Numbered from the stretch's first letter, positions 31,716-41,819 are shown. The stretch is DNA of 64,000 nucleotides from Candidatus Latescibacterota bacterium (GCA_965226795.1 CBDDDZ010000005.1:2176001-2240000); one strand, 5' to 3'. Notes: generated from the letters alone by a model not told the origin. Program-made: numbers and translations.

Positions 31716-32282
31716 TTATTTTCGCGCAGTCATTCGGTCGAATGCGTTGGGACGACGCCGGGATTTCCAAGCATCGATCAGAGCGTCCACGTTGTCCTGG
31801 TTCGGCTGCAGCGAGTCAATTTCCAGATCGTAATCCGAGAAACCGTGGACTACTTGATGGTCCATTCGAGCTTCTCCGGCTCGTCGATTTCCCCTCTCGC
31901 GCTCCCTTAGCTCCAACTCAGAAGGCGGACAGTGTATGCCAACAAAAAACACGTCCAAGCCAGCGAGTAATTTTACTAGATCGGACATCCACACTTCATT
32001 TTCAATAATGTGCTCGACGATGAGATTGTTGGCCGCATCCGCTAAAACTGGCAGACAGCGATGAAACCCATCGAAGACAGCGGGTCTCATGGCTGACCAA
32101 TCAATTTCACCGCTTCGAATTCGTTCCATCGGCAGGGCGTTTGAATCGCGAAGGTGGTCAAACGAAAAGTGCCAGAATGGGATTGGTAGCGATTGTTGTA
32201 GCTGGCGGGCAAGCGTCGACTTCCCGGAACTCGACGCGCCGTTGATGAGGATGATTTTCCCTGGTTCACGAGTGATATCCAT
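31716..32282 (-). CDS. Chloramphenicol phosphotransferase (CPT)-like kinase
   Basis: ILINGASSSGKSTLA, GIHCP..EL..RE..RGNR..GEA, YDLEIDS. Confidence 0.85.
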   Translation of the reverse strand: MDITREPGKIILINGASSSGKSTLARQLQQSLPIPFWHFSFDHLRDSNALPMERIRSGEIDWSAMRPAVFDGFHRCLPVLADAANNLIVEHIIENEVWMSDLVKLLAGLDVFFVGIHCPPSELELRERERGNRRAGEARMDHQVVHGFSDYDLEIDSLQPNQDNVDALIDAWKSRRRPNAFDRMTARK

Positions 32283-32432
32283 GACGTGTCTATTGACCTA
32301 ATCACCAGCCCTGCAAAGAGAGATCGCCGTACTAACTCAGACTGATGAGCGAGTTCAGTTTTACCACGTTCTCATTACATATTGGCACAGAGGGGATGCG
32401 TTCAAGCGATTCCTCGAACAAAAACTCGAAAA

Positions 32433-33050
32433 GGTGGAGCAGACATTCTTGTCTGCTCACATGCATCAAACCGAAACCTCAGAATCTTGAATCCGGGCAC
32501 GCCACACCTCGCCGGCGTCTCCCCCACCGGAAAAGGGACGGCGCCATTGATTGGATCACCTTTTGCCTCGCTGACGCGATCACCGGGACAAACGCCGCGC
32601 CTTTCAGGATGCGCGTAAGCTGTGGCTCAAGCGGCACCGCGAACCGTGGACGGACGCCGAGTGGAAATGCATCTGTCACACGTGCGCCCACACTCTGAGG
32701 AAGCCGGCAGGCTGACGAAGCCTCCGTCCGAATTCGTTAGCGAAGGCTTCTGCCACATTTACAATGGAATGGACGGGAGATTCTTCGACTGCGCTCAGAA
32801 TGACAGGGCGGGGGATCATCAGAACTGTCATGCTGAGGAAACCGTCAGGCTGACGAAGCATCTCCTGCTCGCGTCGGATGATGCCCGGGCGTTTATCTTT
32901 GGACCCGGCCTGCCAGGCAGCACATCCGTTCCCTCTCATGCGGCGGCATCCATCAGCCTTCAGCAGACAGCAAGACAATGAAAAGGGCAGACAGGAATGT
33001 CTGCCCCACCTTCACACACACTCCCTCGACGGCTCGACAAGCCATTGTGC
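32433..33050. repeat. REP-like palindrome cluster
   Basis: GTGGAGCAGACATTCTTGTCTGCTC and its inverse GGGCAGACAGGAATGTCTGCCCCAC; GATTCTTCGACTGCGCTCAGAATGACA / TGTCATGCTGAG..GAAGCATCTC. Confidence 0.65.
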
Positions 33051-33097
33051 GGGGGTGGAGATGGTCGATTCGCGAATAAAGCAGCCTGAGCCATGGT

Positions 33098-33496
33098 CTA
33101 CACGAATACTGAGGGCGAGACGCCAAATCGCCTGGACAAAGCACGTATCTGTCGGATGTTCAGCTCTCGCTTACCGCTCAGAATCTCCGAAACCACCCCT
33201 TGCGAACCCACCTCCGGCAAATCCGACTGAGTCAAATCATGCTCCTCCATGAGAAGTCGGAGTGGATCTGCACCCTCCAAGTCGGGCATGGAATGGTTTT
33301 GTTCTTCCCACGCGTGGACAACGGTGCCCAGCGTATCGAGCAGGGAATAAAGCGGATGCCGCTCATCAGTGCCCACTTCATCGATCAGGCTGTTGAGCCG
33401 CTTCAGGGCCAAGTCGTATTCCCGCTCGTTCCGGATCTTGAGTAACGCACTCACTTGCGTCCAGGATCGCTGAAGTTGGGTAGCAATAATACTCAT
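33098..33496 (-). CDS. higA: HigA-type antitoxin (HTH)
   Basis: IRNEREYD.AL..L..L, LRLLMEEHDLTQSDL..GSQGVVSEILSGKRELN..I..LS.RF.V. Confidence 0.88.
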   Translation of the reverse strand: MSIIATQLQRSWTQVSALLKIRNEREYDLALKRLNSLIDEVGTDERHPLYSLLDTLGTVVHAWEEQNHSMPDLEGADPLRLLMEEHDLTQSDLPEVGSQGVVSEILSGKRELNIRQIRALSRRFGVSPSVFV

Positions 33497-33645
33497 ATCC
33501 TCCATCCTCCACGGTCATAGGCCTGGTGTGTAAGTACATCACGGATGTATACTTTGCCCCGATTGAAGTGAATAGAGACAATCAGGCGGTACTTGTTGCC
33601 GGCGATGTTAAACACGACGAATTCTCCGACTTTATCGGCCGAAGG
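33493..33645 (-). pseudogene. higB: HigB toxin, 5'-truncated
   Basis: PSADKVGEFVVFNIAGNKYRLIVSIHFNRGKVYIRDVLTHQAYDRGGW; ATGA overlap with higA; N-terminal half missing. Confidence 0.85.
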
Positions 33646-33802
33646 CGGGCCGCCGTACGCCAAGGCGCCCCTTTGACAACCCTTCGACAGGCTCAGGACA
33701 AGGCTCAGGATAAACTCCGCGGCGCAGCGCCCGTGAATCGCGTGTTAAGCGCTGCTACGGCGCGGGGTGGTTATGGTCTTCCTCGCCCGGCCGAGAGCAC
33801 GC

Positions 33803-34186
33803 TCAAATATCTATCCGATAGTCCAACCTGGCTTCGTCCCCTGTCATGCCGCGGAAACCCCAATTACCGGCCGGAGTCTCGAAGCGCGTGATCTCCAGGT
33901 CAATCGGTGCAATCCCCAAATTCTCCCCTATTCGCTCAAACAAAAGGTGGATCAGTTTCTTCCTGACTTCTGCTGAACGTCCCTCCATTAGAGAGATCTC
34001 TATCACCGTGTACGCATCCGTACGTCCCTCCGGATAGTAGAAGTCTTCAGCATCCATTGGGATGAAGCGATGTGCTCGTTTATCGGTCGGAAATGAAAGG
34101 GCGTCAACCATACATGTGTTGATCACATCGGATAGCTTCGCCTTTATCGGATCCAGATTTTGCCTCAGGCCGTAGACTCGAATCAT
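33803..34186 (-). CDS. Tautomerase family protein (cassette gene)
   Basis: DKRAHRF..FYYPEGRTDAYTVIEI..GRS..KK..DLEI..ETP..NWGFRG. Confidence 0.88.
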   Translation of the reverse strand: MIRVYGLRQNLDPIKAKLSDVINTCMVDALSFPTDKRAHRFIPMDAEDFYYPEGRTDAYTVIEISLMEGRSAEVRKKLIHLLFERIGENLGIAPIDLEITRFETPAGNWGFRGMTGDEARLDYRIDI

Positions 34187-34263
34187 GCGGGTTCTCCGTT
34201 CCGGCGAATATGACGGCCTAATTCGCGACGCCTGCGTGTTTGGTATATCGATGCCGCACTTGC

Positions 34264-34348
34264 ACATAACGTTCCTGGCACCCACGAACTTGCCGGAGGC
34301 AAGTTGGGCGAGGGGTGTATACCCCGAGCCGCAGACGGCTTGTTAGGC
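34264..34348 (-). repeat. attC site
   Basis: Minus strand GCCTAAC (holds the GNAT stop codon) ... GTTATGT; branched internal hairpins. Confidence 0.85.
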
Positions 34349-34891
34349 GTAGCCGCCCCTTACGTCTTCGCGCGTGATTCGATAGGCCAGTCTATCCCTG
34401 TCCTCCCACAAGAAGCGTTTCCAGAAACGGAATTCGCACTTCTCTGATAGGCCAACCGACTTTTGATTTCCAGGCATAATGACGCCCACTATTTCCGCCA
34501 GTGCGAGGTTGTCAAAGCCATACTGCACAACAGATCTCATCACTTCAGTTCCGTATCCCTTGCGCCACTCAGATCTTCTTAGGGCACAACCTATGTTGAC
34601 TTCGGGCATATTGGAGATGTAATGAAGGCCGCAGAAGCCAATCAGATCACCAGACTCCTTCTCAATGACACCCCAGTCTCCAAACCCATGCGTATCCCAA
34701 TGTTCGTTGATCTCTACGATCCTCCCTCTCGTCTGCTGGACGTCCTTGTCCGGCCCAGGCCACCAGCGTTTCATAACATCTGGATCTCCTGTCGTCCTGT
34801 GGAGAGCGGGAGCGTCTGCTTCAGTCAGGTGTCGTAAGAGGAGTCGCTCTGTCCCAATAGTGGGCTTGTTCACACTGTTAACTCTATTCAA
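34343..34891 (-). CDS. GNAT acetyltransferase, RimJ/RimL family (cassette gene)
   Basis: TERLLLR, LIGFCGL, WRKGYGTE, N.KS..L.EK. Confidence 0.9.
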   Translation of the reverse strand: MNRVNSVNKPTIGTERLLLRHLTEADAPALHRTTGDPDVMKRWWPGPDKDVQQTRGRIVEINEHWDTHGFGDWGVIEKESGDLIGFCGLHYISNMPEVNIGCALRRSEWRKGYGTEVMRSVVQYGFDNLALAEIVGVIMPGNQKSVGLSEKCEFRFWKRFLWEDRDRLAYRITREDVRGGYA

Positions 34892-34909
34892 TTGAAGGTG
34901 GGAGGTTTC

Positions 34910-35001
34910 GCCTAACGTTTCGCCGGTTTGCGAACCCGCAAAGCGGGTTGCCGAAGGCCAAGGCGCCAGCGGCGGCGCAGCGCAATACCGCGCTGTTAGC
35001 G
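34910..35001 (-). repeat. attC site
   Basis: Minus strand CGCTAAC ... GTTAGGC; inner arms CGGTTTGCG / CGCAATACCG pair with one extrahelical base. Confidence 0.88.
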
Positions 35002-35038
35002 GACGTCGTATCTCGGTCGTGCCTTACTATGCAAACTA

Positions 35039-35647
35039 CTATTTCGACAGAAGCCTTTGCCAGCGATGACCTTCAGGATGCAGAACTTCCAACCCAGTCT
35101 CCAACCATCTCTTCGCCTCGGCGGACATCAGCGGCAGGCACGCTTCAAAGTCTAGTTCATCTTTCGAACGAGAATTCTTAGCTTTGTAAAGAAGTTGGAC
35201 CTCAATCCGTATACAGGGAACACGTCTATATGAAACGATCAAGTCTCCTCGTTGCCCGCCAATCAGTTTGCTGCGCCTACTGAACCACCTGTCGCCTTCG
35301 CTTTCAGTCAACATGATCTGAAGCTGCCACGCCTGTGCGCTGGTATGGCCCCATATGTCATGTATCCCGTAAGGCAAGTACTCTGATTCTGCCCATGGTC
35401 GCAATGAGCCAGGTGGATCAGCCGCGTACAGATGCCAATCTGAGAGCCAGCGCTGTACGTCGAGTTGTTGATCCCGGTACACTATGACGTCAATATCACC
35501 GTGGTCCCGGACGCGCTTTCCCACGAACTGCTCAACCGCATAGCCACCGGCGAGTCCCCACATGAAAGGAGCGTTGGCGAACAATTGCGTCAATTCCTGG
35601 ACTGATAAGGGTTGCCATTGGCTGTAGGGAATCCCAGGAGTGGTCAT
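35039..35647 (-). CDS. Nucleotidyltransferase, aminoglycoside-2''-adenylyltransferase-like (cassette gene)
   Basis: WGLAGGYAV..RDHGDIDV, QLLYKAK..RSKDELDF. Confidence 0.85.
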   Translation of the reverse strand: MTTPGIPYSQWQPLSVQELTQLFANAPFMWGLAGGYAVEQFVGKRVRDHGDIDVIVYRDQQLDVQRWLSDWHLYAADPPGSLRPWAESEYLPYGIHDIWGHTSAQAWQLQIMLTESEGDRWFSRRSKLIGGQRGDLIVSYRRVPCIRIEVQLLYKAKNSRSKDELDFEACLPLMSAEAKRWLETGLEVLHPEGHRWQRLLSK

Positions 35648-35677
35648 GCAGTTCGCATCCTGCGCTTAAACGATGTC

Positions 35678-35758
35678 CGCTAACGTTCTGGCCGTGCCCG
35701 AACCGCGAAGCGGTTGCGCGAAGGGCGCAGCCCGTAGCCGGACACGGACGTGTTATAG
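35678..35758 (-). repeat. attC site
   Basis: Minus strand CTATAAC ... GTTAGCG; arms CCGTGCCCG / CGGACACGG; hairpin AACCGCGAAGCGGTT. Confidence 0.85.
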
Positions 35759-35827
35759 GAAGTGCCAAACCTGTTTCCTTGGCACAGTAATCTCAATTCC
35801 GCGCACATCCTCGCCAAACAGCTCACC

Positions 35828-36511
35828 TCAATCCTCTTTACTGCTTTCCCCTTGCACTTCTACCAGCAAACGACCGAGATCAGGATACTCTCTGTGCGCG
35901 AACTGTCGAATCTCTTCCAATGGAGGAATAGACGTGGGCTTCTCCTTTGGAAGTGCCTTCAAGGCCGACGGAATACGTTCAGGGAAGGTTGCTAGGTGAA
36001 AGCCTCTTCGATTCTGCGCGAAATCAGTGAGAAGTTTACTGTCCTTAAACCTGCAATGTACCGGAAAGAGATACATGGCATCAGCCCGAAATGGACCGAA
36101 AATCTGTGCAACTGCTCCATCTGGAGGTTCTACCGCCGATGAGATTGAAAAAAGCCGCTGTAGGACTTCCTGTCCATGTTCACCTTGTACGTAGACGCGT
36201 CTGAGTGGGATCTCAGAACTATCTTGCGAGATGGCTGTGACGACCAAGAGCCCATATCCATTCAAACGGTGAAACTCCTTACTATCCTTTGGAAACGCAA
36301 TGTCGTGAAACCCAACTCGCGCAGCCACAGCTCCATATTTCTGGTAACGTAACGCGGACTCTGCAATGATTTTGTCAATCCGCGCACTACTCACAGGCTC
36401 AGAAGAGTAGCCAGTCCGCTCTCGAACGTGGAAATGGTCTTCAGCCCCTGTCCAAGCAAAGTCAGGAATATTCACCATCACAACTGCCAGTATTGCCAAT
36501 GATCGTGTCAT
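35828..36511 (-). CDS. Hypothetical exported protein (cassette gene)
   Basis: 227-aa ORF with hydrophobic N-terminus, followed by an attC site. Confidence 0.7.
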   Translation of the reverse strand: MTRSLAILAVVMVNIPDFAWTGAEDHFHVRERTGYSSEPVSSARIDKIIAESALRYQKYGAVAARVGFHDIAFPKDSKEFHRLNGYGLLVVTAISQDSSEIPLRRVYVQGEHGQEVLQRLFSISSAVEPPDGAVAQIFGPFRADAMYLFPVHCRFKDSKLLTDFAQNRRGFHLATFPERIPSALKALPKEKPTSIPPLEEIRQFAHREYPDLGRLLVEVQGESSKED

Positions 36512-36651
36512 CAGATGTACCCTACCTTATCGTCGAGTAACCTAACAGCCCGTTGAAAAAGTCCATCCGGGCTGCGTCCGGCCCTTGTGGCCGAATTACT
36601 GCGTTGCGCTCCCTCCCCGAATCCCCGATTCGACGCGGTCGCGCGCCTAGT

Positions 36652-38531
36652 CCTTAAACAAGCGTGATGGTGAGATTTTTCTGGTCCAAGAGACCGGAAA
36701 GGCCTACCGTTGTTGGAGATAGATGGATTGCGCTAGAAATCATCACTCCAACGCAGGAGACCTTTCCGGTGAAAAGAATATCGGTTGATGACAGCCGCAG
36801 GAACAGTGCTCGTCGCAAACGCAAAGTGGCCGCCCGCCACGGTCGAGCGGGCATTGGCAGGCGCAGCCCCGGCCCATGTTCAGCCCTGGCAAAGTGCACT
36901 ACGAGGTGGGCGCCTACACCGACGCGATGAGTTACGGAGGCATCGGCGCCGTGCATCGCCTGGTCACCAAGCTGGGACTGCCCAAGCGCATCGACGCGTC
37001 GCTGTCCCTGTTGAAGGTGCATCTGCCCTATCATGAGTCGGACCACGTGCTCAACATCGCTTACAACGTGTTGTGCGGCGGCACGCGCCTGGAGGATATC
37101 GAGCGTTTGCGACATGACGGGGCCTACATGAATGCCCTGGGTGCTCAGTTGATTCCCGATCCGACCACGGCGGGTGACTTTTGCCGACGCTTCTCGGAAC
37201 GGGACATCGTCGAACTGATGGCGTGCATCAACGCGGTGCGATCCTCCTTGTGGGCATCGCGTGGCCGCAAATTGCTTTGTGACATCACCTATATCGACGT
37301 GGACGGCACAAACGTGCCGACGTATGGAAAGCGCAAGAGGGGTATGGACATCTCTTACCAGGGCATCTGGGGCTACCATCCGCTGGTGATCTCACTGGCC
37401 AACACGAAGGAAGTGCTCTTCCTGGTCAACCGACCGGGGAATGTGCCCAGCCACACCGGTGCGGCACCCTGGATCGACGCGGCCTTGGCGCTGGTGCAGC
37501 CCCACGCCAAGCGCCTCTGTGTACGTGGCGACACCGACTTTTCCTTGACCCGACATTTTGATCGATGGGCCAAAAGCGTCGACTTCATCTTCGGGATGGA
37601 CGCCAACGCGACGATGCGTTCCCGTGCTGAGGCCCTCGACGAGGCACAATGGCAGCCCCTGCAACGCAAACCCCGTTATCACACCGTGACCGACCAGAAG
37701 CGGAAGCGCAATCAGCCCCACGAGAAACAGCGCATCGTCCGCAAACGGGCCTACGCCAACCTGGTCCTCAACCACGAACACGTGGCCGAGTTCAACTACC
37801 AACCCACGCGCTGTAAACGTGTGTATCGCGTCGTGGTCCTGCGCAAGAACATCAGTAAAATGAAGGGCGACCTTGTCCTGTTCGACGAATGCCGTTATTT
37901 CTTCTATATCACGACACGCACGGACGTAAGCCCCGCCGAGATCGTCGCCTGTGCCAACCAACGCTGCGATCAGGAGAACGTCATCGAGCAACTCAAAAAC
38001 GGCGTCAACGCCTTGCGCGTGCCCCTGTATGACCTGGTCAGCAACTGGGCCTACATGGTCATCGCCGCCCTGGCCTGGAACCTCAAATCCTGGTTTGCCA
38101 TGATGATGCACCGACACCTGGACCGACAGCAGTACGTCCGCATGGAATTCCGGCGCTTCATCCACAGCATCATCTTGATTCCCTGCCACGTCATCCAACG
38201 CGCGCACACCACCACGTTGCGCCTCATCGGCTATCAACCCACCCTCGATCGCCTCTTCAGCACCTGGCGTATCATTGAACGCACCGGATTTGGATAACAC
38301 CAATGCAGCACGACCGATGACACACACACGCCGCGCCATCCCCACACCCCTCAACGGACCGGTGTGTCCACCACGCGCCTGACCGCCACTTCGGATACTC
38401 AATTCACGATAGCGACCACGACAAACACCGCCCCAAAGATCATCCAAAACGCCAATTCCATATAAATCGACACCAACGCCTCACCACAAACACAGATCGA
38501 TGTGCCGCAAACGAAACTCGCTTATTTTAGG
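36652..38531 (+). mobile_element. IS1380 family insertion sequence (1880 bp)
   Basis: TIRs CCTTAAACAAGCG / CGCTTATTTTAGG; CCTAGT duplicated on both sides. Confidence 0.88.
36876..38297 (+). CDS. IS1380 family transposase (5' end possibly frameshifted from GTG near 36768)
   Basis: YHESDHV, PDPTTAGDF, IDVDGT, GYHPL, RGDTDF, RCDQENVIEQLK. Confidence 0.92.
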   Translation: MFSPGKVHYEVGAYTDAMSYGGIGAVHRLVTKLGLPKRIDASLSLLKVHLPYHESDHVLNIAYNVLCGGTRLEDIERLRHDGAYMNALGAQLIPDPTTAGDFCRRFSERDIVELMACINAVRSSLWASRGRKLLCDITYIDVDGTNVPTYGKRKRGMDISYQGIWGYHPLVISLANTKEVLFLVNRPGNVPSHTGAAPWIDAALALVQPHAKRLCVRGDTDFSLTRHFDRWAKSVDFIFGMDANATMRSRAEALDEAQWQPLQRKPRYHTVTDQKRKRNQPHEKQRIVRKRAYANLVLNHEHVAEFNYQPTRCKRVYRVVVLRKNISKMKGDLVLFDECRYFFYITTRTDVSPAEIVACANQRCDQENVIEQLKNGVNALRVPLYDLVSNWAYMVIAALAWNLKSWFAMMMHRHLDRQQYVRMEFRRFIHSIILIPCHVIQRAHTTTLRLIGYQPTLDRLFSTWRIIERTGFG

Positions 38532-38946
38532 CCTAGTCTTCGGCCACAATGACTCGGCCTCGCCTGCAGAGCGACTTTTTCAACGGACTGCTAAACAGTT
38601 GGAGTGAGGAACAGGATCTATCGATTCGTGCTTCCGCTTATTTCGACTGGTACGAGGATAACAAAGGATAAAGCGATAGAAGGTTTTGTGAGCGATTGCC
38701 ACGGTGGTTGGACTCTGCCTTTGCGCCAGTTTTGCATAACTACGGCATTGGCGAACATGCACGGTAATGCGGGCCAGATCGGAGAATTCCCGGACATTCG
38801 GGAACATCACACATTGAAGCTTGAATCCCGAACATTTTCAATGATGCTTTCTTAAGTGCCATTATCTTAACCACATCGCCACCAATTTAAACCTGGCTCA
38901 ACGCTTCCAACATCATTCGGCACTCCTGCGCCCTTTAGACTGCTCT

Positions 38947-39351
38947 CTAATTTTTATGGGGAAATTGTCTCATTAATATAGGCACAGAGGGAAAGTCTAT
39001 CTGGGCTGTTCTTAAATTTCTTTTTCCGTTGTATGTGACAAAACGAGGAAGAATAGCCTGTACTCCACACAAAACATGATAGTGATTACTCAGATGTGAT
39101 AATTTTTCTAGCGTTTCGATCTCTCCCTTTGCTCCCGCATAAAATGAATTTCCTTTGTTTCTTTCGAATTGTTGGATCTTTCTTCTTTTTCTCCACTTTC
39201 TTATTCCTGCAAAAATCCCGTCATCTTTTGCATTGAGTTCATTTCTTAGTTTTCGATGTGCGTTTTCTATATCTTCGAATGTTTTCACAGGTTTAGGGTA
39301 CAAGTCCAAGAGCTGTTTTTCACTATCTGGCCTGCCATAGATTATCGCCAT
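38947..39351 (-). pseudogene. NERD domain protein, truncated
   Basis: GAKGE..L..LS..Y.V..AQIDF then an abrupt end; markedly AT-rich. Confidence 0.65.
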
Positions 39352-39582
39352 TGGACACACTCCAAGATTACAGAGTTCTCATAATCTAACCTGCGATTCG
39401 CACTCAGCCATCCCATCATTTGCACCATCCGTTCTGTTCGCGTTTATTTTTCTCTCCGCCGCAAAACTCCCGATACCACCCGTTGACAATCACCCGGCCA
39501 CACGACACGATGGGAGATTGCCGATAATGCCGCGCTCTCATTGCCCGCTAAAAGATCGCCAGTCCCCGAAATTGCGGCGTAT

Positions 39583-40128
39583 CTAGACCACGCCAAAGTC
39601 GGGGCGGGACAGGACGACCCATGAAGGCAGACCCAACTGTTTCCACAACGCAAAGGGTTCCAATTCGGAAATACGGCTCAAGAAGAGGCTCAGTACAGTC
39701 CCATGCGTGACAAGAGACATGTTTACCCGTGGAAAGCGGTCTGAAAATTCATATACGGCCTTCGAGAACCTGTCATGCGCTTGATCGGCAGTCTCATCTC
39801 CAAAAACCAGATCCGCAGGTCGCGCGAAAAAACGGCCGATTGATTGCTCAAATCGCTCCTTTTCCAGGAAGCCGACGTTGCTGCGGTCATGTTCGTGCAG
39901 CCCTTCAACGGCTTCTACCGGGATGTTCAGCACCCCGGCCGCAATTTCAGCCGTTTCCATGGCCTTGGGTTCGATGCTGCTGACAACCAGACCGAGATCA
40001 TATCTGTCCAATTTCTCACCAAGTATCCGCGAACGGACGGACCCTTCCTCGGAAAGATGCCATTTGTTGGCAGGAACGGCTGGATCGATATCCGGCAACG
40101 AGTGCTTCACGAGAACAAGCGTCTGCAT
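39583..40128 (-). CDS. Histidine phosphatase family protein
   Basis: LVLVKHS, SS.EPKA.ETA, GLHEH, LVTHG. Confidence 0.85.
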   Translation of the reverse strand: MQTLVLVKHSLPDIDPAVPANKWHLSEEGSVRSRILGEKLDRYDLGLVVSSIEPKAMETAEIAAGVLNIPVEAVEGLHEHDRSNVGFLEKERFEQSIGRFFARPADLVFGDETADQAHDRFSKAVYEFSDRFPRVNMSLVTHGTVLSLFLSRISELEPFALWKQLGLPSWVVLSRPDFGVV

Positions 40129-40283
40129 TCTGGCGCGACGACTCCTTCCAGACATTGTTCGGGGACGTTTTCCTGGAGACGAGACACGACGGCAGATTGT
40201 CTCATCAGATTCAGGGCCTGCGACCGTTGCGCCGGAATTCCTTCGTCCAAATCCGACGGGTTTGATCATCCATGCTGGAGGCA

Positions 40284-40922
40284 CTAACGCCCTCCCCCTT
40301 GTAGCGCCTGCTGCACCTCGTTCCGTACACCCTTCCTCTTGTCGTTCGCTATCGACCGCACTGCCGCCAGAGCATCGGGTGTGCCGACTTTTCCTAAAGC
40401 CCTCGCCGCCTCGGCACGCGGGCCCTTTCGTGTATCTCTGAGTCGGGACGCGAGGAAGGGCACTGCCCTTGGGTCGCGAAACACGGCAAAGGCATGGACT
40501 ACGCCGGAAAGCGTCTCGAGGTCATCGGTATCCCCCAGGTCAAGCAGACGATCGAAACAGTCCATCCCAATCTCTCCAAGGATCCGGACGGCAAGATTCC
40601 TTGCGGTGGACGCTGCGTGTCGTACCGGATAAGAGTCACCCGCGTACCGAATGTAGTGAAACGCCACTTCTTCGGCCTCGTTTGCACGTTTGGCCACCCA
40701 ATTGCCGATATTTTGAAGTTCGTCATCTTTGCCGGGAAAATGGCGCATGGATGCCATTTCGATAGCCCCTCGCACGAGTTCATCCGTGGGAAGTCTGGGG
40801 AGAACAGCTCGCGCAAAGTTCGCGATTTCCGCCGTCTCCAGATCGGAATGGTTCGGCGATCGCAGGTCCTCTCCATGTGCAAGCACATCCGAAGGCCGCA
40901 GATGCCTCGCAGAAGCCATCAT
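40284..40922 (-). CDS. HEAT repeat protein
   Basis: DPRAVPFL..RAEAARALGKVG..VRNEVQQAL. Confidence 0.75.
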   Translation of the reverse strand: MMASARHLRPSDVLAHGEDLRSPNHSDLETAEIANFARAVLPRLPTDELVRGAIEMASMRHFPGKDDELQNIGNWVAKRANEAEEVAFHYIRYAGDSYPVRHAASTARNLAVRILGEIGMDCFDRLLDLGDTDDLETLSGVVHAFAVFRDPRAVPFLASRLRDTRKGPRAEAARALGKVGTPDALAAVRSIANDKRKGVRNEVQQALQGGGR

Positions 40923-41015
40923 TGTCGCGCGAGCCAGGGTCCGAAAAGCCTCAAAACGGTTGGCAAATAGAATAAGCGCGAACGCCGTACGAAGGCCTGT
41001 AGGATACGCAGGAAT

Positions 41016-41819
41016 CTATTTGTCAATGACTGCCTTCCAAATCAGGCGACGCTGGCGAACATCAAGTTTCCCCTGTTTTCCGTAACAGGAGAAAATGGCC
41101 CTCAGCGAGTCTTCCAGTTCCGAATAGGACGGCGTTTCATCAGGGTGCCGACCGAACGCGAGCGCCTCGTACAACCGCTTGGGGCCGTCCAGCACGGCTG
41201 GCACGTTGAAAGTCCAACAGCTGTGCAGTTCAATCCTTGCCTCCGCCAGGGACCGGGTAACCGTTTCCAACATCGAGTCCGGAAGGTGATGGTTTTCACG
41301 ATCGAATGGTTCGGGCAATGCGGTATTCCATTCCGGCACTGGAACTCGGCCCGACATGCAAAGCTGGATAAGTACGCCTCCGTTCCTCATAACCTGTTTC
41401 GCGTCAGCAATCCAGTGCACAGGCCCGCGCCTGGAGATGACCAAATCAAGAGAGTCGTCTCCAACGGGTATTCTCACCGTCCCCTGATTTGCCTTCATGC
41501 TTGAATCATGTACGAGGAATGTGACATTTTCCAGCCCGGCGTTGCTGGCATTTTCCTTCGCGGTTTCGATATATGTACTAACGCGATCGTACCCGGTAAA
41601 GCTCCGGCAAAACGGAGCAAGGCGAAGCGCGTCATCACCGTGCCCACAGCCCACGTCCATCACGTCCTTGTCAGTGCGCAGATGCTCCTTCACGAAATCC
41701 AGGTAAAAGGATTCCCCATCGTGGGCTCCGACCTCGACGTCTACTGTTGAGGAAGGGTAATCCTTCTGGTTCGTCGCAAGTTTCTCGTACCACTCCACGC
41801 TGTGCGGACGCGGACCCAT
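41016..41819 (-). CDS. Class I SAM-dependent methyltransferase
   Basis: VMDVGCGHG, TGYD, DLVISRRGP. Confidence 0.88.
   Translation of the reverse strand: MGPRPHSVEWYEKLATNQKDYPSSTVDVEVGAHDGESFYLDFVKEHLRTDKDVMDVGCGHGDDALRLAPFCRSFTGYDRVSTYIETAKENASNAGLENVTFLVHDSSMKANQGTVRIPVGDDSLDLVISRRGPVHWIADAKQVMRNGGVLIQLCMSGRVPVPEWNTALPEPFDRENHHLPDSMLETVTRSLAEARIELHSCWTFNVPAVLDGPKRLYEALAFGRHPDETPSYSELEDSLRAIFSCYGKQGKLDVRQRRLIWKAVIDK

Larger units (their letters stand above)
36546..38590. mobile_element. MITE copy 2, interrupted by IS1380
   Basis: Halves 36546-36651 and 38532-38590 rejoin into a homologue of 552-711; CTAA at 36542-36545 and 38591-38594. Confidence 0.85.

Noticed and set aside
28870..35758. 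Repeat-spacer pattern read as a CRISPR array
   Set aside because: Repeats are 65-92 bp, divergent and separated by whole genes; no cas genes; attC fits better
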